Below, piece by piece: positions 17,352-27,296 of a DNA stretch of 32,000 nucleotides. The stretch covers positions 300,001 to 332,000 of the forward strand of contig JBHLRO010000001.1 of the NCBI GenBank assembly GCA_048882505.1, in the 5' to 3' direction. The stretch is from Candidatus Thorarchaeota archaeon. GTDB taxonomy: Archaea; Asgardarchaeota; Heimdallarchaeia; Hodarchaeales; Hodarchaeaceae. The position numbers and the translations under genes were made by a program. The notes under the pieces are model-generated. The model was given only the letters and a program-made list of their open reading frames with translations. It was not told where the DNA came from and ran no database searches. The stretch's first letter is position 1. Every line of letters begins with the position of its first letter.

Positions 17352-18542
17352 TTATTCCTTTCGCAAGGCAACTACAGGATCTAGTTTCGCCGCCTTCCAA
17401 GCAGGATAAAATCCTGCACCCATTGCTAATATTACTGTCAAGACCCAAGTAAAAACGAAAACATGAGGTTCAAAAATAGGTACCATCCGCCAACCACCCC
17501 CTCCTGAAACGAAGTAATTCATGACATACCCTAATCCCACACCCACACCCAAGCCTAATGTCCCACCAATAGCCCCTGTAATCAAAGCTTCATTCAAAAA
17601 TAACACCAAAATCTGACGTTTTCGATAACCTAAAGCCTTTAAAGTTCCTATCTCCTTTGTCCTCTCCATCATACTTGTGTACAGAGTGGTTATGATACCA
17701 ACGGCTGCTACTCCCAGAGATACCACTGCTACATTATTCACGAATTCAGCGACAGCTCCAGAGACTCTGTTCACCAAATCAGATATAGTTTTGGGGGATA
17801 ATATGGATACATCATAGGTATCCGCTATTCTGTTTCTCACTTGTTGATTCTGACTATCTGAGGCAGTTATTACGTAAATTCCGTCATAAACCCCTTTTCG
17901 GTCAAAAAGGGAATCTGCCTCCCTATAAGGAATTATCGCCAGATCATCCAAAGGAATTACTCCCATCCCAGTTCCGATATACTCCGCCACACCACGGACA
18001 TAAAAAGATTTTTTTTCTAACACGGTTTTGCGTCCCTCCGTTTTTTGAAATTGTAATTTGATTATATCCCCTACCTCTGCAAATGAATCGTCTCTTTCAG
18101 GCCGGGCTACTTCATTTCCTAGTATAATCCCAAATCTATCAACTTCAGAGACGAAATCTCCCGAGTACAAGGAAAAGGTGGGAAAAATCAAAGGTAGCTT
18201 GCCGTTCTCTATCCCAAGTGCTATTGACGTAGTTTCTTCGGAACCTGAAGATATCACTATTCCATTCTGGATGAATGGAATGACGAAACTTACACCGGTA
18301 TAACGTTCAATGGTTTCCACTACCTGGGAATCCAGGCTCAGATCAGAGGAGCGTGGCGTGAGAACAAGTACATTACTTGCAATGGAACTAAACTGATTAT
18401 CGATATATGTTACAGTCCCCTTTGACATACCGTTGACAGCCACAATTAAGGACGCTCCAATCAAAACCATTGTCACCGTTAACAACGAACGAAGTTTTCT
18501 ATCTCTCAGTGCTTGCCAAGACATGCGAAAGAAGGCGGGCAT
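17352..18542 (-). CDS. ABC transporter permease, MacB/FtsX family
   Basis: LRDRKLRSLLT, MacB periplasmic core, ERTKEIGTLKALGY, AGFYPAWKAAKLDPVVALRKE. Confidence 0.93.
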   Translation of the reverse strand: MPAFFRMSWQALRDRKLRSLLTVTMVLIGASLIVAVNGMSKGTVTYIDNQFSSIASNVLVLTPRSSDLSLDSQVVETIERYTGVSFVIPFIQNGIVISSGSEETTSIALGIENGKLPLIFPTFSLYSGDFVSEVDRFGIILGNEVARPERDDSFAEVGDIIKLQFQKTEGRKTVLEKKSFYVRGVAEYIGTGMGVIPLDDLAIIPYREADSLFDRKGVYDGIYVITASDSQNQQVRNRIADTYDVSILSPKTISDLVNRVSGAVAEFVNNVAVVSLGVAAVGIITTLYTSMMERTKEIGTLKALGYRKRQILVLFLNEALITGAIGGTLGLGVGVGLGYVMNYFVSGGGGWRMVPIFEPHVFVFTWVLTVILAMGAGFYPAWKAAKLDPVVALRKE

Positions 18543-18548
18543 GGTTTA

Positions 18549-20129
18549 TTACCTCTTACGGTAACGTATAACAATATAACCTACCATAAACAGGGTAGTT
18601 CCGCCGATTAAGATTGGGATGGCAGCCTGATTGATTAAGGCTGCAAAATCAATACCAACTGGTACTTCAGAGGTCGTTACTGCCTCTCCCTGAATTTGAA
18701 CGACGAAAGTTGTAGAAATACTGTGTGTTTGGTAAACATCATCTATATACATCACAATGCAATTGATCAAGTAATCCCCTGGACTTGCGGATGTGTTGAT
18801 AAGTGCATTTAAGGTAAAAGGTAGGGGACTATCTGGTTCGACATCTCCCAAATAACTTCTACTAGAACTAGAGTCAATCAAAACACCTTCACTAGATAAA
18901 AGAGTCGTATTGGTAAATTTAGCATTCGTATTTCCTATATTAAGGATTGTTGCTGATACAAACAGGGGATCTCCAGGCCGAAAAGCATTTTGTGAAATAT
19001 CCGATGCAATGAATTCTAATTGTATAAATCCTATCACTAGGGTTCCTATCGCAATTGTATCTACATAGTCGGTTCCAAATTGATCCGAAAATATAAATTG
19101 AAATGTCAAAGCACCTGTGGATCCAAGGGCGGACTCAGGTACAAATAATCGGAGTTTAAATGAAACTTCCGTTCCCTCCGTTAGATTCACAAAAGTACGA
19201 GTAGCATTACCTTCCACTATAATAGGAGGAGGAACTTGAACGTTGGCATCTACCTTGCCAACCCATATTGGATTCGTTGCATTAATTTGGACTATATTGA
19301 AGTTCCCAGCAATTACTTGTTGTGTAGATATAGTGACTTTTGTTTCGCTAGCGTATTGAGTTTCAACCCACCATGTTTGGGTGATCGTTTCATTCGGATC
19401 TGAAACTGCCACCTCAATCTTTTGGATGCCCAACTGATTTTGGCTTGTAAATAGAAATGAGTTGCCATCGGAGTTTGGAGAAGGAATATCATCAACCTCC
19501 CATTTTATATCCAAAGAGTCATTATCGGGATCATTTGGAATTATCGTAAAGTTGATTTGCTCACCTGGTTCAACAGTAAGAAGCTCGGGCATGGGGCGTT
19601 GCCAAGTAATTACCGGCAACGAGTTGGGAATGGATAATATAATTGGGACTACGACGGTTTCGCCTGAAATAGTACCATTTTCCTGAATTATGTGATAATC
19701 TAAGGTTAGATTCGCCAAATAATTACCTTTAGTTGCCCCAACATCAATATCAAGATTAAAGATTAGCTCGAATGGCTCTCCTTTTAAAATAATGTATTGA
19801 CTGACGTTAATATAAGTGCTGAGTGTTTCAGCAATGTCACTGGCGTTTTCGTCTCCATCCGTTGAGTCTGTAAACGGGTAAGGAAGGGTTAAAATTCCAA
19901 AAACAGAAACTACACTTTGATTATGGAGATTGACAAGCTGTAACTGCAGTGGGATGTTCTCCCCTCCAGGAGTTCTGATACCCTGCCAATTAACCTGATC
20001 CAGCCTGAAATTTCCTATCATTTGGCCCTGAATTTCAGATGGCGAAAGAATACCCGAAGTGAACAATAGCGATATCAGACATACTAGAACTACAACTAGG
20101 CGTTTTATTAGTAGATTTTTGCGAACCAT
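18549..20129 (-). CDS. COG1361 S-layer-domain/Ig-like extracellular protein
   Basis: N-terminal signal/TM, repeated beta-rich Ig-like modules (PNDPDNDSLDIKWEVD; NIGNTNAKF; YLGDVEP), C-terminal TM plus RYRKR, and position between an ABC ATPase and a permease. Confidence 0.75.
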   Translation of the reverse strand: MVRKNLLIKRLVVVLVCLISLLFTSGILSPSEIQGQMIGNFRLDQVNWQGIRTPGGENIPLQLQLVNLHNQSVVSVFGILTLPYPFTDSTDGDENASDIAETLSTYINVSQYIILKGEPFELIFNLDIDVGATKGNYLANLTLDYHIIQENGTISGETVVVPIILSIPNSLPVITWQRPMPELLTVEPGEQINFTIIPNDPDNDSLDIKWEVDDIPSPNSDGNSFLFTSQNQLGIQKIEVAVSDPNETITQTWWVETQYASETKVTISTQQVIAGNFNIVQINATNPIWVGKVDANVQVPPPIIVEGNATRTFVNLTEGTEVSFKLRLFVPESALGSTGALTFQFIFSDQFGTDYVDTIAIGTLVIGFIQLEFIASDISQNAFRPGDPLFVSATILNIGNTNAKFTNTTLLSSEGVLIDSSSSRSYLGDVEPDSPLPFTLNALINTSASPGDYLINCIVMYIDDVYQTHSISTTFVVQIQGEAVTTSEVPVGIDFAALINQAAIPILIGGTTLFMVGYIVIRYRKR

Positions 20130-21251
20130 TCAAATCAACTCCTTAACTCCAACGTTCTTTCCATCCTTGAGATAGTATATTCGTTTTGCTAAATTTCCCA
20201 CCTCAGGATCATGAGTAACAACTATCAGAGTAACCCCTAGCTCACGATTAAGTTTTTCCAATATTCTCATTACAACGGCCCCGGATTTTGAATCTAAATT
20301 TCCCGTGGGCTCATCTGCAAGGAGAAATGTGGGATCATTCATAAGTGCTCTGGCTATGGCGACCCGTTGCTGTTCGCCTCCACTCAACGAGGTTGGATAG
20401 CGATCATACGTCTGTTGTAATCCAACGCTAGAAAGCAATGATTCAGCTTTCTTACGGCGAATCCCTACATCAAGAGAGGTAACAAAAGCCGGTAATTCAA
20501 CATTTTCTCCCACTTTGATGCGGTTAATCAAATTATATGCCTGAAATATAAATCCGATTTTTCGGCTCCTTAACCAAGCCAATCCATCCTCATCAAGATC
20601 CGTTAAATTTATACCGTCAATCTTTATATCACCTGATGTGGGACGATCTAAGGCGCCAATACAATTCAAAAGAGTACTTTTTCCCGATCCAGAAGGCCCC
20701 ATGATAGCAATGAAATCCCCTCTCTCTATTTCTAGATTAATTCCATCCAATGCGCGTACAGTCACTTTTTCGCTTAAATAGTAATATTTTCTCAACTCTG
20801 ATATCTCTAACGCTAAATTACCCGATCTCTCGGTTTTGATTAATTTCTGAAGATCCGAATCAATTGGTTTGGACTGAACAAGGGCCATCACTCCGATAAT
20901 TATACTGCCTGTAGTTAATCCCAAAATAATGAGAGTTGTAATTAAGGTAATTACTGATGATTTTGGAATAAGAATCAGTAATCCAAGTAAAGTAAACATA
21001 TAAACGCCCGAGGCCGCCAAACATATCAAGAAGATTTCCCTTGACCCAGTCAGTATTCCAAGAAGTCCAAATGTTCCGAAAAACACCATAAGAATAGGAA
21101 TGACAATAAAAAATGGATAATCCAAATTCCTGATAATTGAGGAATAAAGCCCACTCATTTCCCCTAGATTAAAGACAGTTAATCCACAGAAGAAAACAAT
21201 CGAAAGATCGTCTTCAATCATATTCCCGAAGGAGGAGTTTTTTCTATGCAT
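20130..21251 (-). CDS. ABC transporter ATP-binding protein with an N-terminal 3-4 TM extension
   Basis: GPSGSGKST, IGFIFQ, LSGGEQQRVAIARAL, LADEPTGNLD, VTHD, preceded in frame by about 115 hydrophobic residues. Confidence 0.9.
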   Translation of the reverse strand: MHRKNSSFGNMIEDDLSIVFFCGLTVFNLGEMSGLYSSIIRNLDYPFFIVIPILMVFFGTFGLLGILTGSREIFLICLAASGVYMFTLLGLLILIPKSSVITLITTLIILGLTTGSIIIGVMALVQSKPIDSDLQKLIKTERSGNLALEISELRKYYYLSEKVTVRALDGINLEIERGDFIAIMGPSGSGKSTLLNCIGALDRPTSGDIKIDGINLTDLDEDGLAWLRSRKIGFIFQAYNLINRIKVGENVELPAFVTSLDVGIRRKKAESLLSSVGLQQTYDRYPTSLSGGEQQRVAIARALMNDPTFLLADEPTGNLDSKSGAVVMRILEKLNRELGVTLIVVTHDPEVGNLAKRIYYLKDGKNVGVKELI

Positions 21252-21341
21252 TTAGAAACACTCGTTTCAGGATCGTTTAGGAAAATTCAAGTTTTATTAA
21301 GATTTGACTTGATTTAATAATGGCTTCAATAGCGAACCCGT

Positions 21342-23075
21342 TTACCGATGCACGAAAATCATTCTAATAGGGCTTCCCAGTTCTTCCACACGACAGAAGG
21401 CAACTCTTTCAAATTGGATTATGTTACCAAGGATTTCGTTCTGCAAACCTAGTTCGGAAACTCCAATCAGGAAATTCCCATCAGGAAGCAATATCTCAGT
21501 AGGAAGGGCGGTATTGACAGGAACCCATTGAGTCATCGGTGCTTTCATTTCCCTAGCGTCTTGAACTTCTTTACTCTCGTATCTACCCAGCGCTATTTCT
21601 TCTTTATGGTCTGTGATTGTGATGTTCATAAGGTCCTTCAAACGGATTGTCCTTTTATCACCTAATCTTATTAGTTCTTGTTTAGGAACATAGATATCTA
21701 CGGTGGCATCCTCAATATCTATCATAATTTCTCTACGGCCAAGATCGGGATGTTCAGGATGCCTTAGAGGTTTGGCTGCCTTGATAAATCCAGGTACATC
21801 GGTAATAGTTAATTTAATTGGATCTGCTACAAAGAAGTAACGATTCGAGGTAGAATCAATCAGTTTTCTATTAGCTGAATAAATAGCCTCAGGAGAAAAG
21901 GTTACGTCAACTGAACTAAGCCCAACTTTCAATAAAGCGTTATGAATAGCATCTTTTTGGATCCCGCGTCGTTTTAGCGATTGAAGTGACCAAGTCCTCG
22001 GATCTCTCCAGTCCAAATAGGTGCCATCCCGAATATACTTCGCAGTGAGTGATTTACTGAGCTTTAAACCCTTGAGTTTCATTCTACCATATAGAAGTAT
22101 CTTGGGTTCCTTCCACTGGAAAACCTTCCAGATCATCTGTTCGATAATGCCTTCTTTTCTAAGGTCTTTTCCCCTAATTATATGGGAGATTCCTAGATCA
22201 TGATCATCAATGCCCCATGAATATTCCAAAAGGGGCCAAACACGATACTTGGTGCCAACTCGAGGATGTTCCCTTTCAGATATTCTTAGCAAGGCAGGGT
22301 CACGAATGGCAGGATCCGCCAGGGCCATACCTGACTTTAAACGCACAACGGCCCCTTTTTCAGGATAGGTCCCATCAAGCATTTTTACCCAATTATCTAG
22401 ATTTTCCTCTATAGAATGTGGGCGGCAGGGACAGCTTTTTTTCTGTTCCTTGTAACGATTTCGCCATATATTAGCGCCGCAGGTGCAAACATATGCCTCC
22501 CCCTTCGATATTATCTCTCTGGCATATCTGTAGAATAGGTTTAATCTATCCGATTTATAATAAATGCCGTGAATGGTCACTCCTAGATAATCTAATCCTT
22601 CCAAAATTGAGTCATATGCCGTTGGATCAATTAATTTTGTTTCGGAACCAATTGTATCATCATATACCAGCAGAAGCTTTCCGTTATACTTTTTAGTGCA
22701 ATAATCGTTCAGGACCACCATCCGGGAATTTCCAATGTGTAGTGGGCCTGAAGGGTATGGGGCCAACCGGAGCACCGTTTGCGTAAAGTCGGGATTAGGT
22801 GGAAGTTCAATATTAATCTCTTTTTTCCTCTTCTTATCTTGGATGAGGCTTTCGGGGGAGATTTCACTAAGTCTGGCCTTCTGTTGTTCAAGAGTTAACG
22901 CATTTACCCTTTCCACCATTTTTTCAACTAGGAGCTTTGTTTCATGAATCCGAGGTTTGAAAGCGGCTGGATCACTTCTGATAACGCTTCCTAAAGTTGA
23001 TTTCAGACTGGCTTGACCATTATATTTGATGGCATTTTGTAAGGTCAATTTCTCTATCAATTCGATGTCTTTCAT
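21342..23075 (-). CDS. gltX: Glutamyl-tRNA synthetase, archaeal type
   Basis: HIGH motif PYPSGPLHIGN, KMSKS-like KLSKS, YVCTC, WPLLEY, IRGKD, QFERVAF, and an archaeal N-terminal helical domain. Confidence 0.95.
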   Translation of the reverse strand: MKDIELIEKLTLQNAIKYNGQASLKSTLGSVIRSDPAAFKPRIHETKLLVEKMVERVNALTLEQQKARLSEISPESLIQDKKRKKEINIELPPNPDFTQTVLRLAPYPSGPLHIGNSRMVVLNDYCTKKYNGKLLLVYDDTIGSETKLIDPTAYDSILEGLDYLGVTIHGIYYKSDRLNLFYRYAREIISKGEAYVCTCGANIWRNRYKEQKKSCPCRPHSIEENLDNWVKMLDGTYPEKGAVVRLKSGMALADPAIRDPALLRISEREHPRVGTKYRVWPLLEYSWGIDDHDLGISHIIRGKDLRKEGIIEQMIWKVFQWKEPKILLYGRMKLKGLKLSKSLTAKYIRDGTYLDWRDPRTWSLQSLKRRGIQKDAIHNALLKVGLSSVDVTFSPEAIYSANRKLIDSTSNRYFFVADPIKLTITDVPGFIKAAKPLRHPEHPDLGRREIMIDIEDATVDIYVPKQELIRLGDKRTIRLKDLMNITITDHKEEIALGRYESKEVQDAREMKAPMTQWVPVNTALPTEILLPDGNFLIGVSELGLQNEILGNIIQFERVAFCRVEELGSPIRMIFVHR

Positions 23076-23253
23076 ATCCTTGCACTACTTTACACAATAT
23101 TTGAGAGGATTCGTTTTCCTTGTATTGTAATTACTAGTTTTAAGGATCACATAAGAGACTGATCGTGTGCTAGTTTATTAATCTTAACCACATGTGAAGT
23201 TTCGGATCGATAGGCACAGTTTATCTTAGGTAATAAACAGAAGATGGCACAGA

Positions 23254-24231
23254 ATGGCTACATTCCTTGATGGGTTCTTTGAACTGCTTGTTGATTTAAT
23301 GATCGTTTATTTGATGATTGCAGGAGGGGTGATATGGCGTTTTTCAAGGTATTATTCCCCTAAATACGGAAGATGGTTCACTTCTATTGTGATCTGGATT
23401 TTTTTCCCTATTTCAATAATTTCCTCTTTTGCAGGTATTGGGACCCTCGTAGGGATAACAGTATTACAAATTACTTTGGCCGCTATATCTGTTCATGGTC
23501 TCAGTTCACTTGTAATGTACATTTTGGTCCGCAATAGGCCCACTGAAGAAGCGGGGTCTCTTGTTCTGTGCGGTACCTTTCCAAATGCTCTCTTATTCCC
23601 TTTTCCTATCATTCTCGCAATACTTGGAGACAATGGTCTAGTATATGCAACTATTTACGTCTTTATAGCAATGACCCTGAGAAATAGTCTTGGGGTTCTG
23701 ATAGGGATACATTACAATCCACAAGCTCGTGAATATGAATCACAGACTCAGATAGGGTTCAATCTGGTCAAGGACCTGCTAAAGTTTCCTCCTTTTCTTG
23801 CGTTGCTGCTGGGTTTTTTCCTTCATGCCTTATTTGGTCCTCAGGCCATAGGACAGATCCCAGGAATAGATTTTTTTAAAACTGTCTCGCTTTATGGAGC
23901 CCTAGTGCTAGTTGGGGTATCATTTCAAGATATTAAGAACCTCCATCCACGAAATCTATTTTCAAGAAACGTTATCCAGGTAAGTTTTACTCGTTTTATG
24001 ATCGGTCCAGCGGTGGCCGCGTTCTTTATAATAATCTTTCAAAGTTCCAGGCTCATAGCGATCCCTCTCATCATCCAGAGTATGGCACCTCCGGCCGTTG
24101 CTAATATTCTATATGGTAAGTTCTTCAATTTGGATGAGGGACAGATTAGCCTTTTGATAACTAGCTTAACTTTTCTGGCGTTGTTAATCTTGCCTTTTGA
24201 AGTACTCTTGCTTCAGTGGATTTTTCTTTAA
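23254..24231 (+). CDS. AEC (auxin efflux carrier) family transporter
   Basis: About 10 TM in two repeats; FPN...FP (first repeat) and MAPPA (second repeat) motifs. Confidence 0.85.
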   Translation: MATFLDGFFELLVDLMIVYLMIAGGVIWRFSRYYSPKYGRWFTSIVIWIFFPISIISSFAGIGTLVGITVLQITLAAISVHGLSSLVMYILVRNRPTEEAGSLVLCGTFPNALLFPFPIILAILGDNGLVYATIYVFIAMTLRNSLGVLIGIHYNPQAREYESQTQIGFNLVKDLLKFPPFLALLLGFFLHALFGPQAIGQIPGIDFFKTVSLYGALVLVGVSFQDIKNLHPRNLFSRNVIQVSFTRFMIGPAVAAFFIIIFQSSRLIAIPLIIQSMAPPAVANILYGKFFNLDEGQISLLITSLTFLALLILPFEVLLLQWIFL

Positions 24232-24839
24232 CGGACATACTCTGGCTCGTTCCCAGGTTTCCACTTAATGCTGCAACCAACGCTTGGTTTCTGAAGCTCT
24301 GGTGGCGATTTATCAGCAATGAGTGCATCAAGAGCAGATCGTAAATCTATTCCTGTTGCCTGTGTCCCACTGCGAGGCCGTGAATCATCCATTTGACCTC
24401 GATAGAATAATTCATCGTTAGAATTGAACAAAAAGAAATCTGGAGTACAAATAGCGGTATAAGCTTTAGCAGTTTCTTGGGTCTCATCGAAAAGAAAGGG
24501 AAATCGCCATCCCTTCTCATTTGCTAGTTTTTTCATGTGTTCAGGTCCGTCTTGTGGATGAGTTTGCGTACTGTTAGCGTTGATTGCAATAAAGGAAATC
24601 CCTCTCGGTTGATATTCCTCTGAAAAAGAACCGAACAGATCTCGTACATGCATAACATAAGGACAGTGATTACAAATGAAAAAGATAAGAGTGCCTTTCT
24701 TCCCTTTTTGTTGAGAATAAACAACGATTTGGCCATTCCTCACATCCTTTAGAGAGAAATCGGGGGCTTTGGTGCCGAGAGGCATCATTAAAGACTCAGT
24801 TCTTACCATTTTGATCAGTGTTATGACGTTAAAGTCCAC
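24228..24839 (-). CDS. Thioredoxin-fold AhpC/TSA (Prx-like) protein
   Basis: GTKAPDFSL, FICNHCPYV, AINAN, FPFLFDETQ, CTPDFF, YRGQMDDSRP, GCSIKW. The start may be ATG 24809. Confidence 0.9.
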   Translation of the reverse strand: MDFNVITLIKMVRTESLMMPLGTKAPDFSLKDVRNGQIVVYSQQKGKKGTLIFFICNHCPYVMHVRDLFGSFSEEYQPRGISFIAINANSTQTHPQDGPEHMKKLANEKGWRFPFLFDETQETAKAYTAICTPDFFLFNSNDELFYRGQMDDSRPRSGTQATGIDLRSALDALIADKSPPELQKPSVGCSIKWKPGNEPEYVR

Positions 24840-25003
24840 TACGGATTTTCTGGTCCGGATAAAAAAAAACTCCGATGATAAAACAATAAATAGGTGCAGG
24901 TTTCAAGGAGATCTATATCATCTTTTCAAAACCCCATTTTGGAATTCCCTCTCATAAGGAATAAAGACTCACGTACAGACCATTCATCAGAGATAGATAG
25001 CTT

Positions 25004-25444
25004 ATGCACCGTTTTACTGCCACCAATGTTCCATTTAAGGTTAAAGCTGTGTGGGATCACGATAAAAAAGGCCATTTCAAGACTACTTACCACTCCAATC
25101 TCCTTCCGTTCAGTTGTCCTCCCGATTTCGGAGGCATTGATAATCCCTCTCCCGAAGATTTATTTTTGGTGTCAATTGGCACTTGTACGCTAACTACAAT
25201 CCTTCACATTTGTGACAGTCTGCGTACGTTGCCCGAGGCTCTTGCAATCACAGTAGGGGCTGAAATCAATAAAGATAAAAACGGGATTTATCATTTTTCC
25301 GAGATTACTGTTGAAATTGATGCTTACGGAGAAGAATTTTTACTCCAGAGGGCTTGTGAACTTGCCCCCAAGTATTGCTTGGTTGTCAAGAGTATTAAAC
25401 CATCGGTTTTCTATGTTATTACAGTAAATGGAACTAAGATTTAA
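25004..25444 (+). CDS. OsmC/Ohr family protein
   Basis: PSPEDLFLVSIGTC and APKYCLV, the two conserved Cys. Confidence 0.85.
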   Translation: MHRFTATNVPFKVKAVWDHDKKGHFKTTYHSNLLPFSCPPDFGGIDNPSPEDLFLVSIGTCTLTTILHICDSLRTLPEALAITVGAEINKDKNGIYHFSEITVEIDAYGEEFLLQRACELAPKYCLVVKSIKPSVFYVITVNGTKI

Positions 25445-25688
25445 ATTGGGCAAATTTCATTCGAGGATAAAAATGGAACCCCAGTTAGTGACTTCAATGC
25501 TGGTTTCAAGAACGGATTGTAAAGCTAGGATTGGCAGAAGGGTAATGGAGTATTTTGTCGCAAATCATCAAACGAAATTGATTCGGTCCAAGTGTGGGTA
25601 GGGGAAAAACAAATAGTAGGAAATTCGAACAAGTCGACAACAGGGCACATTGACGTTTCGGATGAATTAAATCCCTTTGGTGAGTGTT

Positions 25689-26333
25689 ATGAGTGATATA
25701 TATGATGAAATGGCCGCAAGCGTTGTGGAACTCGATTTGGAAAGAGCAAAGCAGCTGGCACAAACTGCAATAAAAGATAACCTGCCCCTCCTCGAAGTTA
25801 TCGAAAAAGGGTTCGGAGAAGGAATCCGAAAGGTCGGAGATCTATGGGATCAAGGAGAATTCTTTCTGCCCGAATTAATGACGGGAGCTTTAATAATGCA
25901 GGAAGCTGTTAACATTATCACACCTCACCTGGCCGAAACTATGACAAGGAAGACTAAAGGAACCGTTATAATGGCAACCATAGAAGGGGATATACATTCC
26001 ATAGGAAAAACAATCGTTTCCACCATGTTGAGGGCTAACGGCTTTAAAGTTATTGATTTAGGTGCTGATATTGCTGCAGAGGATATAGTGGCCGCAGCAA
26101 AAGAACACGATGCCAATTTAATTGGAGTATCTGCCCTTTTAACTACAACAATGACAGGGCAAAAACGGGTTGTGGATTTGGCAAGGAAGGCAGGCATTAG
26201 GAGTAGAGTTAAAATCATGTTGGGGGGAGCCCCAGTGACGAGGGCATGGGTTGAGGAGTGTGGCGCCGATGGCTATGCGGACAACGCTGTTTCCGCTGTG
26301 GAGCTAGCGGAAAAACTAACCAACGCCTCTTGA
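25689..26333 (+). CDS. Corrinoid (B12-binding) methyltransferase protein, MttC/MtbC-like
   Basis: Cap domain GDLWDQGEFFLPEL, base-off motif EGDIHSIGK (DxHxxG), SALLTTTM, GGAPVT. Start at ATG 25689 (track extends to GTG 25677). Confidence 0.92.
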   Translation: MSDIYDEMAASVVELDLERAKQLAQTAIKDNLPLLEVIEKGFGEGIRKVGDLWDQGEFFLPELMTGALIMQEAVNIITPHLAETMTRKTKGTVIMATIEGDIHSIGKTIVSTMLRANGFKVIDLGADIAAEDIVAAAKEHDANLIGVSALLTTTMTGQKRVVDLARKAGIRSRVKIMLGGAPVTRAWVEECGADGYADNAVSAVELAEKLTNAS

Positions 26334-26364
26334 ATTGAAATTATTAAAACTGTGAAAAACGAGG

Positions 26365-27288
26365 TTGATTGCGATTTCTTTGGAAAGTTTGCTGAAAAAG
26401 AAGAAAATTCTCCTTTTTGACGGTTCACTGGGTACTGAGCTAATGGCTCGTGGCCTAAAACCTGGAGAAGTTCCGGACTTATGGAATATACGGCATCCTG
26501 AGACCATTAAGGATCTTTTTCTTAGGTATTATACTGCTGGCAGCGATATGGTACAGACTGCTACCTTTAGGGCAAATACAGTCGCGCTTAAGGGAGCAGG
26601 AATCGAAGATGCGGAACAAATTCGTCGGATTAATCGAGCTGCCGGTTCTGTTTTGAGCGATGTACGTCCACCCGGACGTCTTCTTATTGGGGATATTGGT
26701 CCCAGTGGTGATTTCCTGCCTCCCGTTGGTCAAGGATCCATAGAAGAAATGGAATCTGGATTCAGACTCCAAACACAAGTTCTAGACACATATGTGGACG
26801 CTTGGCATCTGGAGACCTTTTCGGATCTTACAGAACTAGTGGCAGCAATCAGAGCTGTCCAAAGTGAATCTTCAAAACCGATAATGGCAAGTTTGACATT
26901 TCGGGAAACTCGCAATGGGTTTTTTACAATCATGGGAAACTCGCTCAGCCAGTTTATTGAAACCATGCTTGAAATGAAAGTTCGAGTGGTCGGTTCAAAC
27001 TGTACAATGGGATCTCAAGAATTTATCGGTCTTTCCTCCGAGATGAGAAGCGAATTAATAGAATTAGGGGAACATAATTACCCTTTGAGTATTAAGCCGA
27101 ATGCTGGGCAACCTGAGTTAGTGAATGGAGTTCCTAGATACAATCAAACACCTCGGGAATTCGCCTCTGATATGCAGCGTGTCCTCCAAAACGATATCCA
27201 GATCGTTGGGGGATGTTGTGGGACAGGTCCCACTCACATAGAAATGCTGCGCTCTACTATCGACAATCATTTATTAAGCAACGAATAG
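26365..27288 (+). CDS. Stand-alone homocysteine S-methyltransferase domain (MetH N-terminal/BHMT family)
   Basis: LFDGSLGTEL, AGSDMVQT, ETFSD, Zn ligands GSNC and GGCCGT, PNAGQP. It ends without a pterin-binding or cobalamin domain. Start uncertain. Confidence 0.9.
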   Translation: MIAISLESLLKKKKILLFDGSLGTELMARGLKPGEVPDLWNIRHPETIKDLFLRYYTAGSDMVQTATFRANTVALKGAGIEDAEQIRRINRAAGSVLSDVRPPGRLLIGDIGPSGDFLPPVGQGSIEEMESGFRLQTQVLDTYVDAWHLETFSDLTELVAAIRAVQSESSKPIMASLTFRETRNGFFTIMGNSLSQFIETMLEMKVRVVGSNCTMGSQEFIGLSSEMRSELIELGEHNYPLSIKPNAGQPELVNGVPRYNQTPREFASDMQRVLQNDIQIVGGCCGTGPTHIEMLRSTIDNHLLSNE

Positions 27289-27296
27289 GTGATGGA

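Noticed and set aside
25445-25688. Cobalamin riboswitch ahead of the corrinoid operon
   Set aside because: No B12-box or conserved core motifs recognisable by eye; a covariance-model scan would be needed.
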